Positions 47,383-60,848 of a DNA stretch of 64,000 nt are shown in pieces; within the stretch, counting starts at the first letter, position 1, and every line of letters begins with the position of its first letter. Made by a program: the position numbers and the translations under genes. The DNA is from Podospora anserina (taxonomy: Eukaryota), in contig CM030338.1 in NCBI GenBank assembly GCA_017654855.1, positions 1-64,000 of the forward strand. The letters are read 5' to 3'. A model generated the notes under the pieces. That model worked only from the letters and a program-made list of their open reading frames with translations. It was not told where the DNA came from and made no database searches.

Positions 47383-48824
47383 ATGGCTCTCGACCTCTCT
47401 TCGTTTGGGATTCTCCCACCGGGAATCCTGACCCAGCCGACACCTTTCTCACTCAACGTTTCTATGAGAGATATCCATCGCCTCTCGGCCCAAGTCGACC
47501 AGGCCAACATCGCTGTGCCTCAGTATTACAATACCCACGCGGACCCTGTCAATGGAACGTACGGAATTTCCCGCTCCTGGCTTCTCGATGCCCAGCAAAT
47601 CTGGCTCTCCGAATTTGACTGGCGCGCGCACGAGGAACAACAAAACAAGTTCCCCAACTTCCGCATCAACGTCACTCTCCCGTCAGACGGACAGGTTTTC
47701 GACCTCCACTTTGCCGCCTTGTTCTCCAAGCGTGAGGATGCCGTCCCCATCACCCTTCTCCATGGCTGGCCAGGGTCCTGGATGGAGTTTCTCCCAGTCA
47801 TGGAACTTTTGGTGGAGAAGTACACCGCCGACACTCTCCCCTACCACGTTGTTGTCCCGTCGATCCCTGATTACGGCCTCAGTTTCCGCCCCGAGGAGAC
47901 CAAGGAGCTGACCATGGCAACCGCGGGCGAGGCCATCAACTCTCTCATGGTTCAATTGGGCTTCAATGGATACGTGGCACAGGGAGGAGATGTTGGCAGC
48001 TTCCTGTCACAGGTGCTGAGCCATCATGACGAGTGCAAGGCTTACCATTGTTTGTGTCCCCTTTGAGCCCCCCCTGGCGTACCGTACTAATGAGCAAAAA
48101 AAGTAAACATGTTTTTCATGACATCCCAACAGCAAGCCTCCGTCGCTCATCTGAATATCTCGGCCGAAGAACAAGCAAAGGTGGACTACGCTGCGGCTTG
48201 GGCCACCACCGGTAACGCCTACGCTGTCGAGCATGGAACCCGCCCTTCGACCATTTCCCTGGTGCTTCAGACCAACCCAGTTGCAATGCTAGCCTGGTAC
48301 GAACATGACCCCCAAAAAATATGCTGATCCGTCCGCCTGCTTTGCTTTTGCTAACACATCTCGACACACAAGGATGGGTGAAAAGTTGATTGAATGGTCC
48401 GACAACAGACACTCCCCGTTCCCATCTATCGACACCATTCTCTCGTTTGTCTCGTACTATTGGTTGACCAACTCGTATGCCCGGTCAATGTGGGCGTATT
48501 CCGAACTGACCAGCGTTGTTGGCGGTGAGCTTCCGCCATACAACCCTTCGTTGACAAAACCCATGGGCTACTCGTGCTTCCCGGTGGAGATTGCCACGCT
48601 TCCTGAATCTTGGGCTAGAGAGCTGTTCCCAAATTTGGTATTTTATGGAGTTCATGAAAAGGTATGTCGCAGCAACAGGCCGCAGTTCGTGTGAGGAGTG
48701 CTGACTTGCGACAAATGCAAAACAGGGCGGCCACTTTGCGGCACTGCAAGCCCCCGAGGCATTCTTGAGTGATATTGAGCAGTTTTTGGCGATTGTGAAG
48801 GACACTGTGCTAGGATCAGCTTAA
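47383..48824 (+). CDS. Microsomal-type epoxide hydrolase (alpha/beta hydrolase)
   Basis: FDWRAHE, LLHGWPGS, QGGDVGS and GGHFAAL. Introns ~48050-48103, ~48297-48372 and 48662-48725. Alternative ATG at ~47326. Confidence 0.9.
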
Positions 48825-49110
48825 GCTGCACATAAGCTTTCAATGACATTGCTCGGAAATAGTGGATGACCATTGGACTTGGACTGGATATATGGTGGGT
48901 AGTTACCTACTTCACAAAATAATTGTAGATACACGTATGTAGTTTCATACAGTCTCATGCGTGGATGAGTTAATTGTTGCGGCGGGTTGTTCTGTTGGTT
49001 TACCTTCATCCCCAGAGCTCTGACTTGTTAGATATGTGTCTATGGAACAAATGGCTCTTCCATCTAACCATGCAACAGGGCGAGATCTATCTTTGGCCCG
49101 CCATGCCCTC

Positions 49111-50178
49111 CTAACAAGCAGGGTTGTTGTGTGCGATAAAGCCCAACCTCCATGGCAATGCATTGTACTCCCCACCAGCACTTGGATCCATCCCTTGGTA
49201 CATGAACCGGATATTACATGGATCAATCAGCAGCTTCTCGTCCACCGTCCCGTCCCTGATGATCTCCCCGTGACTGATGCTTTTCGTCCAGACATCCCCA
49301 TCGAACTGAACATTGTTGCTTCTTGCCCATGGGTTTTGCTCCGTGTTGGCTAGCCCCTGCCATGGTCCCCTGATGGAATCTGCCGTCCAAGACCTGAACC
49401 ACCGGTGACCGTCGGTTCCAATGGCTTCGACCAGCAGCAAATATTTGCCATCGGGAAGTGAATACACGCACGCTGCCTCAAAAAGGTCGTTGCGATTGTC
49501 CTGCATGGCAATTACGGGTTGGCTCATGCCGTTGGGAAATTGTTCAAGGCTGGTTTCAGATCGGTAGAGCTGCCCGTTGTCGTCTGATGAAAATAGATGA
49601 CAGCTTGCCGAATCACAGATGACCCACATGTCAACCCAGTACCCCTCCCCAATGTTTTGTTCGATAATCTTGGGCATCCCATCTGGATAGAAGACCTTGG
49701 GAGCAGTCCAGCCCTTGGGATTGTTGATGTCTGGGTTTGTGGAGTACGCAGCGTTTCCGTTCTGGTAAACGAGATACCAGAGTTTGTGAGGCGCGAACCA
49801 AAAGACCTGAGGAGCTGCACGATAACCGGTCCCAAGAGGGGCTTGATCCAGGTAGTAAAAAGTGGCATTAGGCGCATCGGCCCAGTCGGCAAAGGTAAAG
49901 TAAACCAAGTTGTAGCCAGCGGACTGAGCGGTAGAAGCAAATACGTGGTGGGTTCCGTTGATCAGGATGATAGTTGGGTCTTTGATTCCGGCGATCCCGC
50001 GACCGTCGTTCTTGGGGCCGACAAGAGGTCCAGTGGAGGTCCACTGCCATGTTGTGGGCAGGTCACTGGGAGGTTGGTTTGACAGCTGGACAATGGAGAC
50101 ATCTCGCCCAGCTGGCAGGGAAGAAGGAAGCGCAGTAGCAGAGGCCCATAAACAGGCGAAGAGAGCAGAAGGGCGCAT
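49111..50178 (-). CDS. Secreted GH62 alpha-L-arabinofuranosidase
   Basis: Signal peptide; WTSTGPL, IKDPT, AAPQVFWF, LFEAACVY, SISHGE and YNALPWRLG. Confidence 0.95.
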   Translation of the reverse strand: MRPSALFACLWASATALPSSLPAGRDVSIVQLSNQPPSDLPTTWQWTSTGPLVGPKNDGRGIAGIKDPTIILINGTHHVFASTAQSAGYNLVYFTFADWADAPNATFYYLDQAPLGTGYRAAPQVFWFAPHKLWYLVYQNGNAAYSTNPDINNPKGWTAPKVFYPDGMPKIIEQNIGEGYWVDMWVICDSASCHLFSSDDNGQLYRSETSLEQFPNGMSQPVIAMQDNRNDLFEAACVYSLPDGKYLLLVEAIGTDGHRWFRSWTADSIRGPWQGLANTEQNPWARSNNVQFDGDVWTKSISHGEIIRDGTVDEKLLIDPCNIRFMYQGMDPSAGGEYNALPWRLGFIAHNNPAC

Positions 50179-51053
50179 GCTGCTTAGCTGTTGTAGATAG
50201 GTACCTATCTAGACACTGGGCTGGCGGCGAAAGAAGCTGACGAATTGAGGGTTTCGTCGACTTCGAAAGCGGACAGTCTTTTAATAAAGAATGTTTGGAA
50301 GCCAAAATATAGACGGGGGTCAAGCTTAACATTCGTGGCAAATACTTGGTTCGCTAGCAATACAACTTGAGCTATGATCGCCAAGGCTGAACATTAAATA
50401 CAATCCCGCCCTTGAGAATCAGCATGCAATATAATATACCCACTCTCACTCTAGTGCTATGCAGCCTCCTCATCTGATTCCGAAGTTCGGGTTTCCTACC
50501 TGATATCAACCATGATCGCAAAAGTCGGGCATGAATGTAACCTTGCCAGGTTCAACAGTGCTGGCAAAAGGCAAGGTACCGATCCGGTCAATAAGGGAAG
50601 TAGCCGAGAACAACTATACAAATTAATTCCGCCTATAGTTGATGAGAAATCATAGTTAAGGTAGTGGCGCCCCAATCGGTCATTCGATGCTGCAACGGAT
50701 CTACTTGCTTGATGCCCCAAAAGGCTGGGGTACCTTGAAAGCAATGTAACTCTGATCCCACTCCATCGTTCATTGGTGCGCGTCAATGTTCAAGCCAGGG
50801 CTTGTAGGTACTATATTTTCGGCATCACTGCCAATATACCTTCTTCTACCCATTCAACCGAGGGCGAAGAGTGTATGTGTAACTGTTACAATGCGGATGA
50901 TCATTGGAGAGACCGGGGAATTGCCTTTCCGTCAAGGTATCTCTTCATGTCGTGCAACTGAAGGCTATTTGAAAGAGCCATCTGCTCCTGCAGACCATGG
51001 CTATCTATCATGTGTCTCAAACTGCGACCGCTTCCAAGTAAACGAAGTACGAT

Positions 51054-52642
51054 ATGAGGCCTTTTTGGAAGCGAAGCGGTATCGTGGCGTCGTTGATCGC
51101 CTTTTCGTCCTTTCTATTGCTAGCCGCCCCAGTAACAGCCCAGGCTTCATCGACTACCACCTCGTCGCCCGCAGTCAGCTATGTAAACACACTGGCTAAC
51201 CAACGAGCCGACCCCCACATTTTCAAACACACGGATGGATGGTACTACTTCACCGCCACAGTTCCTGCCTTTGATAGGATTATCCTCCGTCGTGCTCAGT
51301 CCATCCAGGCTCTGGGTGATGCAGCAGAGACTACAGTTTGGAGGAGGAAGTCGTCTGGTGTTGGGAGTGGTCAGGTCTGGGCACCCGAGATACGTATGTT
51401 GCGCACTCGTCAAGGATCAGAATATACACTTACCAGTGAGGGTCCCCCTAGACTTCATCGACGGAAAATGGTATATCTACGTCGCTTTGGGCGTAGCAAA
51501 TGAATGGCGCATTCGAGCTTTTGTTCTTGAAGCGTCTGGTGCTAACCCCCTGACATCAACATGGATCGAAAAGGGGATTATCAAGACCAACTGGTGAGCC
51601 ATGATGATCTTTGTTGCTTCTCTTTGAAACAGATGAATTGATGAATCGCAGGGACACCTTCTCGCTCGACGCAACAACCTTCACCGTCAACTCCACGCGT
51701 TATCTTGTCTGGGCCCAGCAAGACCCGTCCCGGTCCGGCGAGAACTCGTCTCTCTTCATCGCACCGCTGCAGAACCCATGGACTATCCGGGGCACCGCCG
51801 TCGCCATCTCTCATCCCGACCTCGCCTGGGAACGGATAGGGTACAAAGTCAATGAGGGAGCGTCCGTCATCCAACGGAATGGCAGAATCTTCATGACCTA
51901 CTCCGCCTCAGCCACGGATCACAACTATTGCATGGGCCTTTTAAGCGCGTCCGCAACTGCCAATCTCATGAACCCAGCATCGTGGACAAAGAGCAGGACG
52001 CCCGTCTTTGTGAGTAACGCCAACACGAACCAATGGGGTCCAGGACACAACAGCTTCACGCTATCAGAGGATGGAAAGAGTGACTTGATGGTATATCATG
52101 ACAGAGGCTACAAGGATATCAACGGAGACCCGCTCAACGACCCCAATCGGCGGACGAGGGTGCAAAAGGTGTATTGGAAGGCCGACGGAACACCGGACTT
52201 TGGCATCCCCGTGCCGGATGGAAATACGCCGGTCAGACTGAGGTCGGCCGTCCCAACTGGACTGTTCCTCAGATTTTACACTGGGAACAGTGTGCCGAGC
52301 GGCTCGGTCGCCCTGGAAGATACTCAGTTCCGCATTGTCAATCCCGGGTTGTCGGGTAATGGCACCATCAGCTTGGAGTCAACGAGTAATCCAGGGGTCT
52401 ACCTTCGCCGGTTGAATGGAAGCCAGGTTCAGTTTGAAGCAGGCCGGAATCTGAACACCGCAGCAAGCAAGGCATCAGCGAGCTTCAACAGGCGCTCTGG
52501 ACTGGCCAACGGATCCGGGATTTCTCTCGAGGCGTCCGATGCAGGAGGCCAGTATTTACGCTTGCAAGCAGGTGGAGCGTTGGTGGTTTCGGCGGCGAGC
52601 AGCACAACAGACCAAGAACAAGCGACCTTCTATCTCGAGTAA
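51054..52642 (+). CDS. Secreted GH43 alpha-L-arabinofuranosidase with C-terminal AbfB/CBM42-like module
   Basis: QRADPHI, WAPEIH, FSLDAT, VNEGAS and GPGHNSFT; introns 51394-51451 and 51594-51651; C-terminal repeats ISLESTSNPGVYLR and ISLEASDAGGQYLR. Confidence 0.9.
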
Positions 52643-53950
52643 AACGTCGCCAATTGCATCCCAGTTATGGTCCATCGGACCGTGACTGTTATCAGACGTT
52701 AACCCAAGCAGGAAAACTTTCTCCATCATGTAAGTCGGCCGGCCCCACTTCCCCGCATTCCGGCACCGGCCTCCGCCGGTTGCGGCCGGCTTGGGTGGGA
52801 CGGAACAGCGGGAGCGGCAAGCGACGGCTCAGAGTGGGCCTTTCGGCGATTGACAGCACTGCTTTGATAGCCCTTGGCACATCTTCATGTATTGTTTCGT
52901 CAAACCCCTAGATCTAGGTATTCTATGAACCACGAACGAAGCTCACTCATGGTTGGGATTATTTGTCGAAAAAGTCTGTTCTGAAGACCGGCCATCATGA
53001 ATGTGTGATGTTTCGAGGGTTGGAGAAAGGATGAGGTTAAGTCATGCTAGATCGACCGAGCGGTGCAGCTTGACCTCGGAAAGCGGGGACGGTACCAAGC
53101 TCAATGGATTATCAAGGGTAAACATGTAGCCAACCAAAGATAGGAACATTAAATGGACAGCAGTATGAGGGATCTGTGTTATGTAACAGGATCCTCGAGC
53201 AAACAGAAAACCAAAAGAGCGGCTTCATGGTTTGGTCACTTGATAAGACGGATGGACGTCATGGGTGCAAGTGGGTGCCAAAGAAGCTCGGGGCTTAAGC
53301 CGAGACACCCCATACCCGCGCCACGCCCTGAGCAACACAAGTGCACCAACCGAAGGGCGTATCGGGCAGAATGGAGACAATAAATAGCCCATCGGCGAGT
53401 GCGCTTTCTTTGTCTTTTGACTCCGACCACTGGAACATCAAACCGGATCCTTGTTCAGGGGTTTGGAAACAAAGGTCTTCGAGAAAGCTTCTCGAAGCCA
53501 CAGTCACCTGGAAAACGACCCCCGAGATCCGGATACCGCGAACTTCCGCCCTGAGACCCGACACATCAAGGACCGGTTTTCCAACCCAGCCGACCCCAAA
53601 AGGCGGGAATAGCGGAGGCGGATCAACATTACCACAACCCAGACAACGATCTTCCCCACCTCCGGGGTGACCCACCATCCACTCGAACTGCCGCGATGCC
53701 GCCATTGCTCCGTGCAACCCCGCGCCAGAGGGCATTCCAGGCTTTTCCCGCAGCCAGGTCTGGGGTGAGCGTTACTCGTCTGGGGTATTGCAGGTTCGCC
53801 TGCTCTTTGCAGAAATCAGTCAATGGCACAACAACTTCCAGGAGGACTTGTACCCCGTCCGTCAGCAGGCAAAGGTCTGCATTGATCTCATCCTCTCTAA
53901 GTTGGAACATACAGCAGAAGTGGTCATCGACGGTAGCCAACGATCCCAAA

Positions 53951-55859
53951 ATGTACACGACATCATTTGCGTTCTTCGAGGCGCTATGGGATGCCGGAGT
54001 CACCCATGTGTTTGTCAATCTGGGCTCCGACCATCCGAGCATCATCGAGGCCATGGTCAAGGGTGCCCGTGAGAAGAAGGGCCAGTTTCCTCGGATTATC
54101 ACGTGTCCCAATGAGGTAGGTCTGCGTACAGTGGCACTGGGGGGTGATGTGTGACCTTTCGCTGACACCATAATCAGATGGTGGCCATGTCGATGGCTGA
54201 TGGTTATGCGCGCCTGACCAACAAGCCGCAGGCCGTCATCGTCCACGTCGACGTGGGCACCCAGGGTCTCGGTGCAGCCGTCCACAATGCCAGCGCTGGT
54301 CGTGCTCCCATCCTCGTTTTCGCTGGCATCTCGCCCATCACGCAGGAAGGCGAGCTGCGCGGGTCGCGGACCGAGTTCATCCATTGGATTCAAGATGTGC
54401 CAGACCAAAAGCAGATTGTCGCTCAGTACTGTCGGTATTCAGCTGAGTTGAAGACGGGAGTAAACGTGAAGCAAATGGTCAACCGGGCGCTGCAGTTTGC
54501 CAAATCGGCGCCGCAGGGTCCCGTGTATCTTTGCGGATCGAGAGAGGTGATGGAACAGGAGATTGAGCCGTACAGCATCCAACAAGACGAATGGGATCCA
54601 GTTGAGCTAGGCGGGCTACCTGGGTCGGCCGTGAGCAAGATCGCAGAAGCCTTGGCCGGTGCAGAAAGGCCGCTATTGATTACTGGATATGCCGGAAGAA
54701 ACCCAGAGATGCCGGCAAAGTTGGTGGAGCTGGCAAACACTGTCAAAGGCCTTCGAGTGCTGGACACGGGTGGCAGCGACATGTGTTTCCCAGCAGACCA
54801 TCCGGCATGGCTGGGATTGCGGTACGGCAATGAGGAGGCAATCCAGACCGCCGACACCATCATCGTTCTGGACTGCGACGTTCCCTGGATTCCCACCCAG
54901 TGTAAACCACGATCAGACGCCAAGATCTTCCATATCGACGTCGACCCCCTCAAACAAGTGATGCCTCTCTTTTACATCAAGGCGCAGGCACGGTATCGAG
55001 CCGACGCCATGGCATCTGTGGATCAGATCCTGGCGGCACTGCAATCAGATGAAAGCCTAAGAGCCAAGTTGGCAGGCGGGGCCAGTGAGCAAAGGTGGAC
55101 CGCATTGCAAACGTCGTACAGGGAGCGGATTGACGGTATTGCGTCGCGAGCGAGACCTCTTGACAATGGTGAGTTTGGGACCGGCCACCTGTGTTCCAAG
55201 TTGCGAGAGTTGTGCCCAGAAGACACAATCTGGGCCGTCGAGGCCGTCACCAACACCCTATTCGTCCACGACAACATTCAGCCAACAAAACCAGGACAGT
55301 GGATCAACTGCGGTGGTGGGGGGTTGGGGTGGTCTGGTGGTGGTGCTCTTGGAGTTAAGCTTGCGTCGGACCATGAGGCCAAACTTCAGGGCCACGAGCA
55401 TGGCAAGTTTGTGGTGCAGATTGTCGGCGATGGGTCGTTTTTGTTCTCGGTTCCCGGCAGCGTATATTGGATTGCAAAGCGTTACAACATTCCCATTCTG
55501 ACCATTGTGTTGAACAACAAGGGTAAGTGGACTGGACTCCTGGCTGCTTGTAGGCCAAGCCCTCCTCGGGCTCTGACTGACGTGAACGCACACATCTAGG
55601 CTGGAACGCGCCACGCAGGTCGTTATTGTTGGTCCATCCCGACGGCCTGGGCGCTGGTGCGACCAATGACGATATCCACATTGCGTTCAACCCTTCTCCG
55701 GACTATGCTGGCATTGCCAAAGCAGCAGCTGGAGGAGACGTTTTTGCTGAGAGGGTTGACCAAGCAGCCGACTTGGTGGATGTTCTAAAGAGGGCTATCC
55801 AGGCAGTGCAGAACGGGCAAACAGCTGTTGTCGACTGCAAAGTTGCCTCTGGATGCTGA
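53951..55859 (+). CDS. Thiamine-pyrophosphate-dependent enzyme (acetolactate synthase / benzoylformate decarboxylase-like)
   Basis: FVNLGSDH, E|MVAMSMADGYAR, HVDVG and the TPP motif GDGSF...LNNKG|W; introns 54116-54177 and 55523-55599. Confidence 0.92.
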
Positions 55860-57149
55860 GAATGATTTTAGCCATATGTAGACGTATAGGCGTGTAGGCG
55901 GGCCATTGAGTCGGCTACCACGATATGTGGAAGGAAGCGGGCAGTCGGAAATTTCAGGAAGGTTGCTACTGGAAAATTTTCGTTTCCTTGACAGATGTGA
56001 CTTTTGCTTCGCTGTTTTTCTGACGTACAGGTGATGCAGGGTTCGAGAGTCCGAGGCAGCATCCTACAACGATTCCAGAGGTACCACGATTTGGCATGCC
56101 ACCATGCCAAGACAGTACTCTGAGTGTCAGTGGGAGGGTTGCAGTGAAGTTGCATGTCGTCGGCCCAGTATTGTTCAATCTCAGGTCATGGCTTTCGTTG
56201 GACAAAGATGCATCCATCTGTGACGGTGCCACGATGAAGCACGATAGGCGGCGGGACTGGCGATGATGGGGAATTGGCGGCTGTCGCCACCGCGTTATAT
56301 TACATGTCGTGTGATATTCGAGCTCGAATTGCCTGGAGGGGGCTGAGAGGAGTGATGTCGTTTGTTGCAGATCTGCTGGCAGGATGTCATAGGTGTGCTG
56401 TGATCGGTTGGTGGTAGATGATGGTTTGTATGGGTGAAGCTCCCATCGCGTTCCCGTGTCATCAGGCGAATTGCACGGCGCACAGACCAGGAGGGGTCCT
56501 TTTGTACCAACCAGCGACCCTGAAAATTGCCAACTGCTTTCACCCCACAATCCGCACCTCGAATCCTCCACCTGATTCCATTGTACCCGTCAACGGCAAC
56601 GGCCCGGTCGCAGACGTCTTGTTCTCTTCCTCACTTCATCAGACGGAGGTGGAGGTTTTTCATATATATCAGCTTTCTGTAACATACCATTTACGCCCTG
56701 CTAGCTATCACCAGATACCTCTCCTAGGTGCGCCTGCTGCCGAATCTTCTCTTCACATCCGGGGCAGTTTCTCAGACCCATCCGCTGATTTGCCCCTCCC
56801 GCCGGGCACTGACCCACTATCTGCGGCAAACGAGATCTCTTGAATGCACGAGACCACGAGACCCTGAGCAACTTACCTACCTTGTCTGGACCCTGAATGC
56901 GAGATCATGAGGCTGGCTGCGGCGCTGTCTTTTCAAGTACGCAAAACCAGAAAGCCACCTTGGTGGTCTTGAACTGTTTTTATTCCACGCCGGCGCCTAC
57001 AGACTCCGACGTGCTCTTTCTTGTGGCGCAAGGATATCGGGTACCAAGGCATAAGTAGCCTTTGCCCATCCAACCACCAACCAATTTGAACTCTTTGCCG
57101 TTTCTCGGCTTCCATCTAAAGCCACGAAGGGCTCGCAGGTCCCCTCGAA

Positions 57150-58220
57150 ATGACAGACTGCGACAAATCGGCCGATGCCTCTTACGAAGCCGGCAGCGAC
57201 ACCAGTGCCGTCCCATCCCCGCCACCACCGCCTGTTCCCTCAGCCGACCCCAACTTGCGCTTCATCCCGAGCCCAGAAAGCGATGCCTCGCCTACTCTTG
57301 CCGCACAGGTCGACGATATCTACAAAATTGCGCCCGTCGCTGCTCTCAGAATGCTCAGCGCGGGCATCGAGGCGCTCGTGAATATGACGGGAGACATCCC
57401 GCCCACGCCACCACCAAGAAGCCCCACCATGCCGCACATGCGAGGTATGGAAGCAGAGAAGAAGAGTATCGTGCGGTCCAATTCAGACAAGAATTTGGCC
57501 CGTCTTGCTCAGCAACGAAGCGCAGCAAACTCTCCACGGCCCTCCCCCCGGCCCGGTCGGTCTCCGCTGCATTCAGGCGCGAAGGCCGCGTCCGTTCCCG
57601 TACCCGACGGTGCCCAATCCATCGACGGCGTCCAGCTGCGGGCGCCTTACCCGACACAGGCGTCAAGAGCAGAACAGCCCCTTGCTCCATATATTGTCGT
57701 TGGTGAGAACTCGCAGCCGCTCAATCTCCAACACAGCGCCATCACTCGCAAGTTTTACTCTCGCCTCCCGCCACCGATATCTATTACCGAGTATCTCCTC
57801 CGAATACACCGTTTTTGCCCCATGTCTACCGCCGTATATCTAGCCACATCCTTATACATACATCGTTTGGCCGTGCTGGAGCGAGCCATTGCCATAACTA
57901 AGAGAAATGCTCATCGTCTGTTGCTAGCGGGATTGAGAGTGGCCATGAAGGCCCTGGAGGACTTGAGCTACGCACACGGAAAAGTGGCAAAGGTCGGCGG
58001 TGTCAGTGAAGCAGAATTGGCGAGGCTGGAAATCAGCTTCTGCTTTCTTACGGGGTTCGAGTTGGTTGTGACCTATGAGTCGTTGAGCAAACATTGGGAG
58101 ATGCTCAGAAGAGGAACCGACTGCTGGAATCTGCATGATGAGTTGATGGAGGAGGACATGACGGTTTTGCAATTTGCAAAGCCGCCAAAGCCGAGGAGGG
58201 AGCACGCTGTGTCAACTTGA
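57150..58220 (+). CDS. PHO80/PCL-family cyclin
   Basis: PPISITEYLLRIHRFCPMSTAVYLA, NAHRLLLAGLRVAMKALED and AKVGGVSEAELARLEISFCFL. Confidence 0.92.
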   Translation: MTDCDKSADASYEAGSDTSAVPSPPPPPVPSADPNLRFIPSPESDASPTLAAQVDDIYKIAPVAALRMLSAGIEALVNMTGDIPPTPPPRSPTMPHMRGMEAEKKSIVRSNSDKNLARLAQQRSAANSPRPSPRPGRSPLHSGAKAASVPVPDGAQSIDGVQLRAPYPTQASRAEQPLAPYIVVGENSQPLNLQHSAITRKFYSRLPPPISITEYLLRIHRFCPMSTAVYLATSLYIHRLAVLERAIAITKRNAHRLLLAGLRVAMKALEDLSYAHGKVAKVGGVSEAELARLEISFCFLTGFELVVTYESLSKHWEMLRRGTDCWNLHDELMEEDMTVLQFAKPPKPRREHAVST

Positions 58221-59414
58221 ACGTCTACAAAAGTAATCAATCGGATGAATTGTTTGTCAGCATCAATTTTAACCCACCTGCTCCGACACTGGGCTGGAGA
58301 GTCCTGTTTCCCTCGGTCAGGTTTTTCCTGACCGGTGAAAGATCATCCACTGTGTTTGAGTGGGTAGACATCACGGTGTCGCTTGTCCAGTGCAACAGAG
58401 CCAGCCAGGCCTGGTGGACGGCTATATCACCTTGACACCATGAGGTGAACTCTCCAGCGCTAGAGTGGCGCATCCTTTTCTGGAGCTCTCCCTCTTGCAA
58501 CCCAACGGCCACCCTCGCTGCTGTTGACGATAGCGGATGTGGACGATTGCGGTATCTTTCAAGGAATAACCCTAAGTCCGACTATTAAGTGCGGCCTGCG
58601 AAGTACGATCAAGTCTTTTCTGTGACGACCATAACTGCGGGTGGGCCTGTACGGCAGGGGCACAGTCAGGAAAACCTGGTGCTGTTGTAGCCATGCGAAG
58701 TTCTCGACAGGACAGAGCACAGGCGAAATGACAGAAAAGGGCCATGCTGGAGGCGCGATGAACGCAATCATCGGAAGGGTGTCGAATATAAGAAGGGTTA
58801 ACAGAAAAGTCTCGGCACTATGCAGTACATCTTCACTTCACTGTGTGTATGCTCAATCTAAGCATGTCTATATCGAGTGCCTTGAAACCTTGACTATTTC
58901 CTGTGAAACCACCAAGATGCGAGGAGCTTCGATCCCGAAATCTTCACACATGGTGTCTATTGCTGGGAAGTCATCAGGAAGCAACGCAACCGCATCCATT
59001 ACCGACGTAGCCAAACCGCTGGCCAGGAGTGCCAGGGTTATAAGGTATTCGAGGTTGACATTCTTTGCCAAGTAACCGTTGTGCAATTGCCGAAACAAAC
59101 CGTACCTGTTGTTCTTTGGCGGGGTAGCTGGGCTTCTAGCGCCGTGGATACTCTCGGCCACCCCACTGATTCAATAGACACCTGCCCCGCACTGATGGAG
59201 GGGCAGGACGGGAGCTCTGGCCTCCAGTCGCAAGGTCCTAGACAGACAGAGGTTGGGATCAAAGCAACCGTCCACGCCCTCTTCCACCGCATCCACATCT
59301 TCCATGCTACAGTCAGGCCTCCGAGTTCTGGCCTCCACGATAAGAAGTTCGAAAGCACGTCTCCCGTTCACGTTTCCGACACGCCGTTCCGACAACCGTG
59401 ACATCGCCGTCGCG

Positions 59415-60848
59415 ATGGACTACAATAAGATCCTGCAGGGGAAATACCCCGCGAAGCAGCACGCGAAGCGCGTGAGCGACTACATTCGCGACAAAATTCC
59501 GAACGCCACAGGTGTATTGTACCTCGAGGGCCGTGCCACCAAGATGATTGAAGACAACGATAGCGAGGAGCACTTCCGACAGCGTCGCTATTTCTACTAC
59601 CTCACCGGATGCCCTCTTGCCGATTCATACGTCATCCATGACATGGACTCGTCCAAGACAACACTATTCATCCCACCCGTTGATCCCGAAAGCGTCATTT
59701 GGTCTGGTCTTCCTGTCTCCGCCGAGGAGGCCCTCAGCAACTGGGACGTGGACGAAGTCAAATACACAAACGAAATCAACGCAACACTTGCCCATGTCGG
59801 TGCCTCCAAAGCCAACGCCACGCTTTATGCCATTCCCAACCAAGTCTCCGAGAAGGTCACCTTTCTCGAGTTTGACCACAAAAACTTTTCCATTTTGAAG
59901 GAGGCCATTGAGGTCACCCGTGTGGTCAAGGACGAGTACGAGATTGCCATGATCGGCAAAGCCAACCAGATAAGCAGCAGGGCCCATGAGTTGGTCATGA
60001 AGAAGGTCAAGCACGTCAAGAATGAGCGCGAGCTCGAAGCCGTGTTCCTAGCCGAGTGCATCTCCAATGGGGCCCGTGATCAGGCATATCACAGCATCGT
60101 TGCCGCTGGTCGGGCTGCTGCGACGCTCCATTACGTTGCCAACAACGCCCCCTTGGATGGCAAACTGAACCTCTTGTTGGATGCCGGCGGCGAGTGGAAC
60201 TGCTATGCTTCGGATATCACGAGAACATTTCCCATCAATGGCAAATTCACCACGGAGAGCAGGGCTATCTACGACATCGTCCTCAAAATGCAGCTTGAAT
60301 GCATTGCTACACTGAAGGAAGGTGTTGTGTGGGATGATGTCCACACCTTGGCCCACAAGATTGCCATTGATGGGCTGTTGGAGCTTGGTATCTTGAAAGG
60401 TGACAAGGAGGCCATCCTGGAGAGCCGTACAAGTGTCGCCTTCTTCCCCCATGGGCTGGGACACTATCTCGGCATGGACACACACGATACTGGCGGCAAT
60501 GCCAACTATGCCGACAAGGACACCATGTTCCGCTACCTCAGGGTGAGAGGGACTCTACCGGCCGGAAGTGTCATCACGGTTGAGCCGGGTCTTTACTTCT
60601 GTAACTTCATTATCGAACCCTTCCTCAATGACCCCAAGCACTCTCAGTACATTAACCGTCCGGTTCTGGACAGGTATTGGGATGTAGGTGGTGTACGGTA
60701 TGTCGACCCCAATGCTCTTCCTTCGCAGCCATTGCTAACCTATGCCAGCATCGAGGACAATATCGTCATCACCAAGAGGGGGACACAAAATCTTACCACA
60801 GCCGTCAAGGATCCTGATGAAATGGAGAGACTGATTGCGTCCAGTTAG
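59415..60848 (+). CDS. pepP: Xaa-Pro aminopeptidase (M24B)
   Basis: [53 protein letters not shown] and GGVR|IED across intron 60698-60748; possible upstream in-frame ATG at 59304. Confidence 0.92.
   Translation: MDYNKILQGKYPAKQHAKRVSDYIRDKIPNATGVLYLEGRATKMIEDNDSEEHFRQRRYFYYLTGCPLADSYVIHDMDSSKTTLFIPPVDPESVIWSGLPVSAEEALSNWDVDEVKYTNEINATLAHVGASKANATLYAIPNQVSEKVTFLEFDHKNFSILKEAIEVTRVVKDEYEIAMIGKANQISSRAHELVMKKVKHVKNERELEAVFLAECISNGARDQAYHSIVAAGRAAATLHYVANNAPLDGKLNLLLDAGGEWNCYASDITRTFPINGKFTTESRAIYDIVLKMQLECIATLKEGVVWDDVHTLAHKIAIDGLLELGILKGDKEAILESRTSVAFFPHGLGHYLGMDTHDTGGNANYADKDTMFRYLRVRGTLPAGSVITVEPGLYFCNFIIEPFLNDPKHSQYINRPVLDRYWDVGGVRYVDPNALPSQPLLTYASIEDNIVITKRGTQNLTTAVKDPDEMERLIASS

Noticed and set aside
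55868-57115. ORFs upstream of the cyclin gene
   Set aside because: Mostly non-ATG starts with no motifs; more likely promoter or long 5' UTR.
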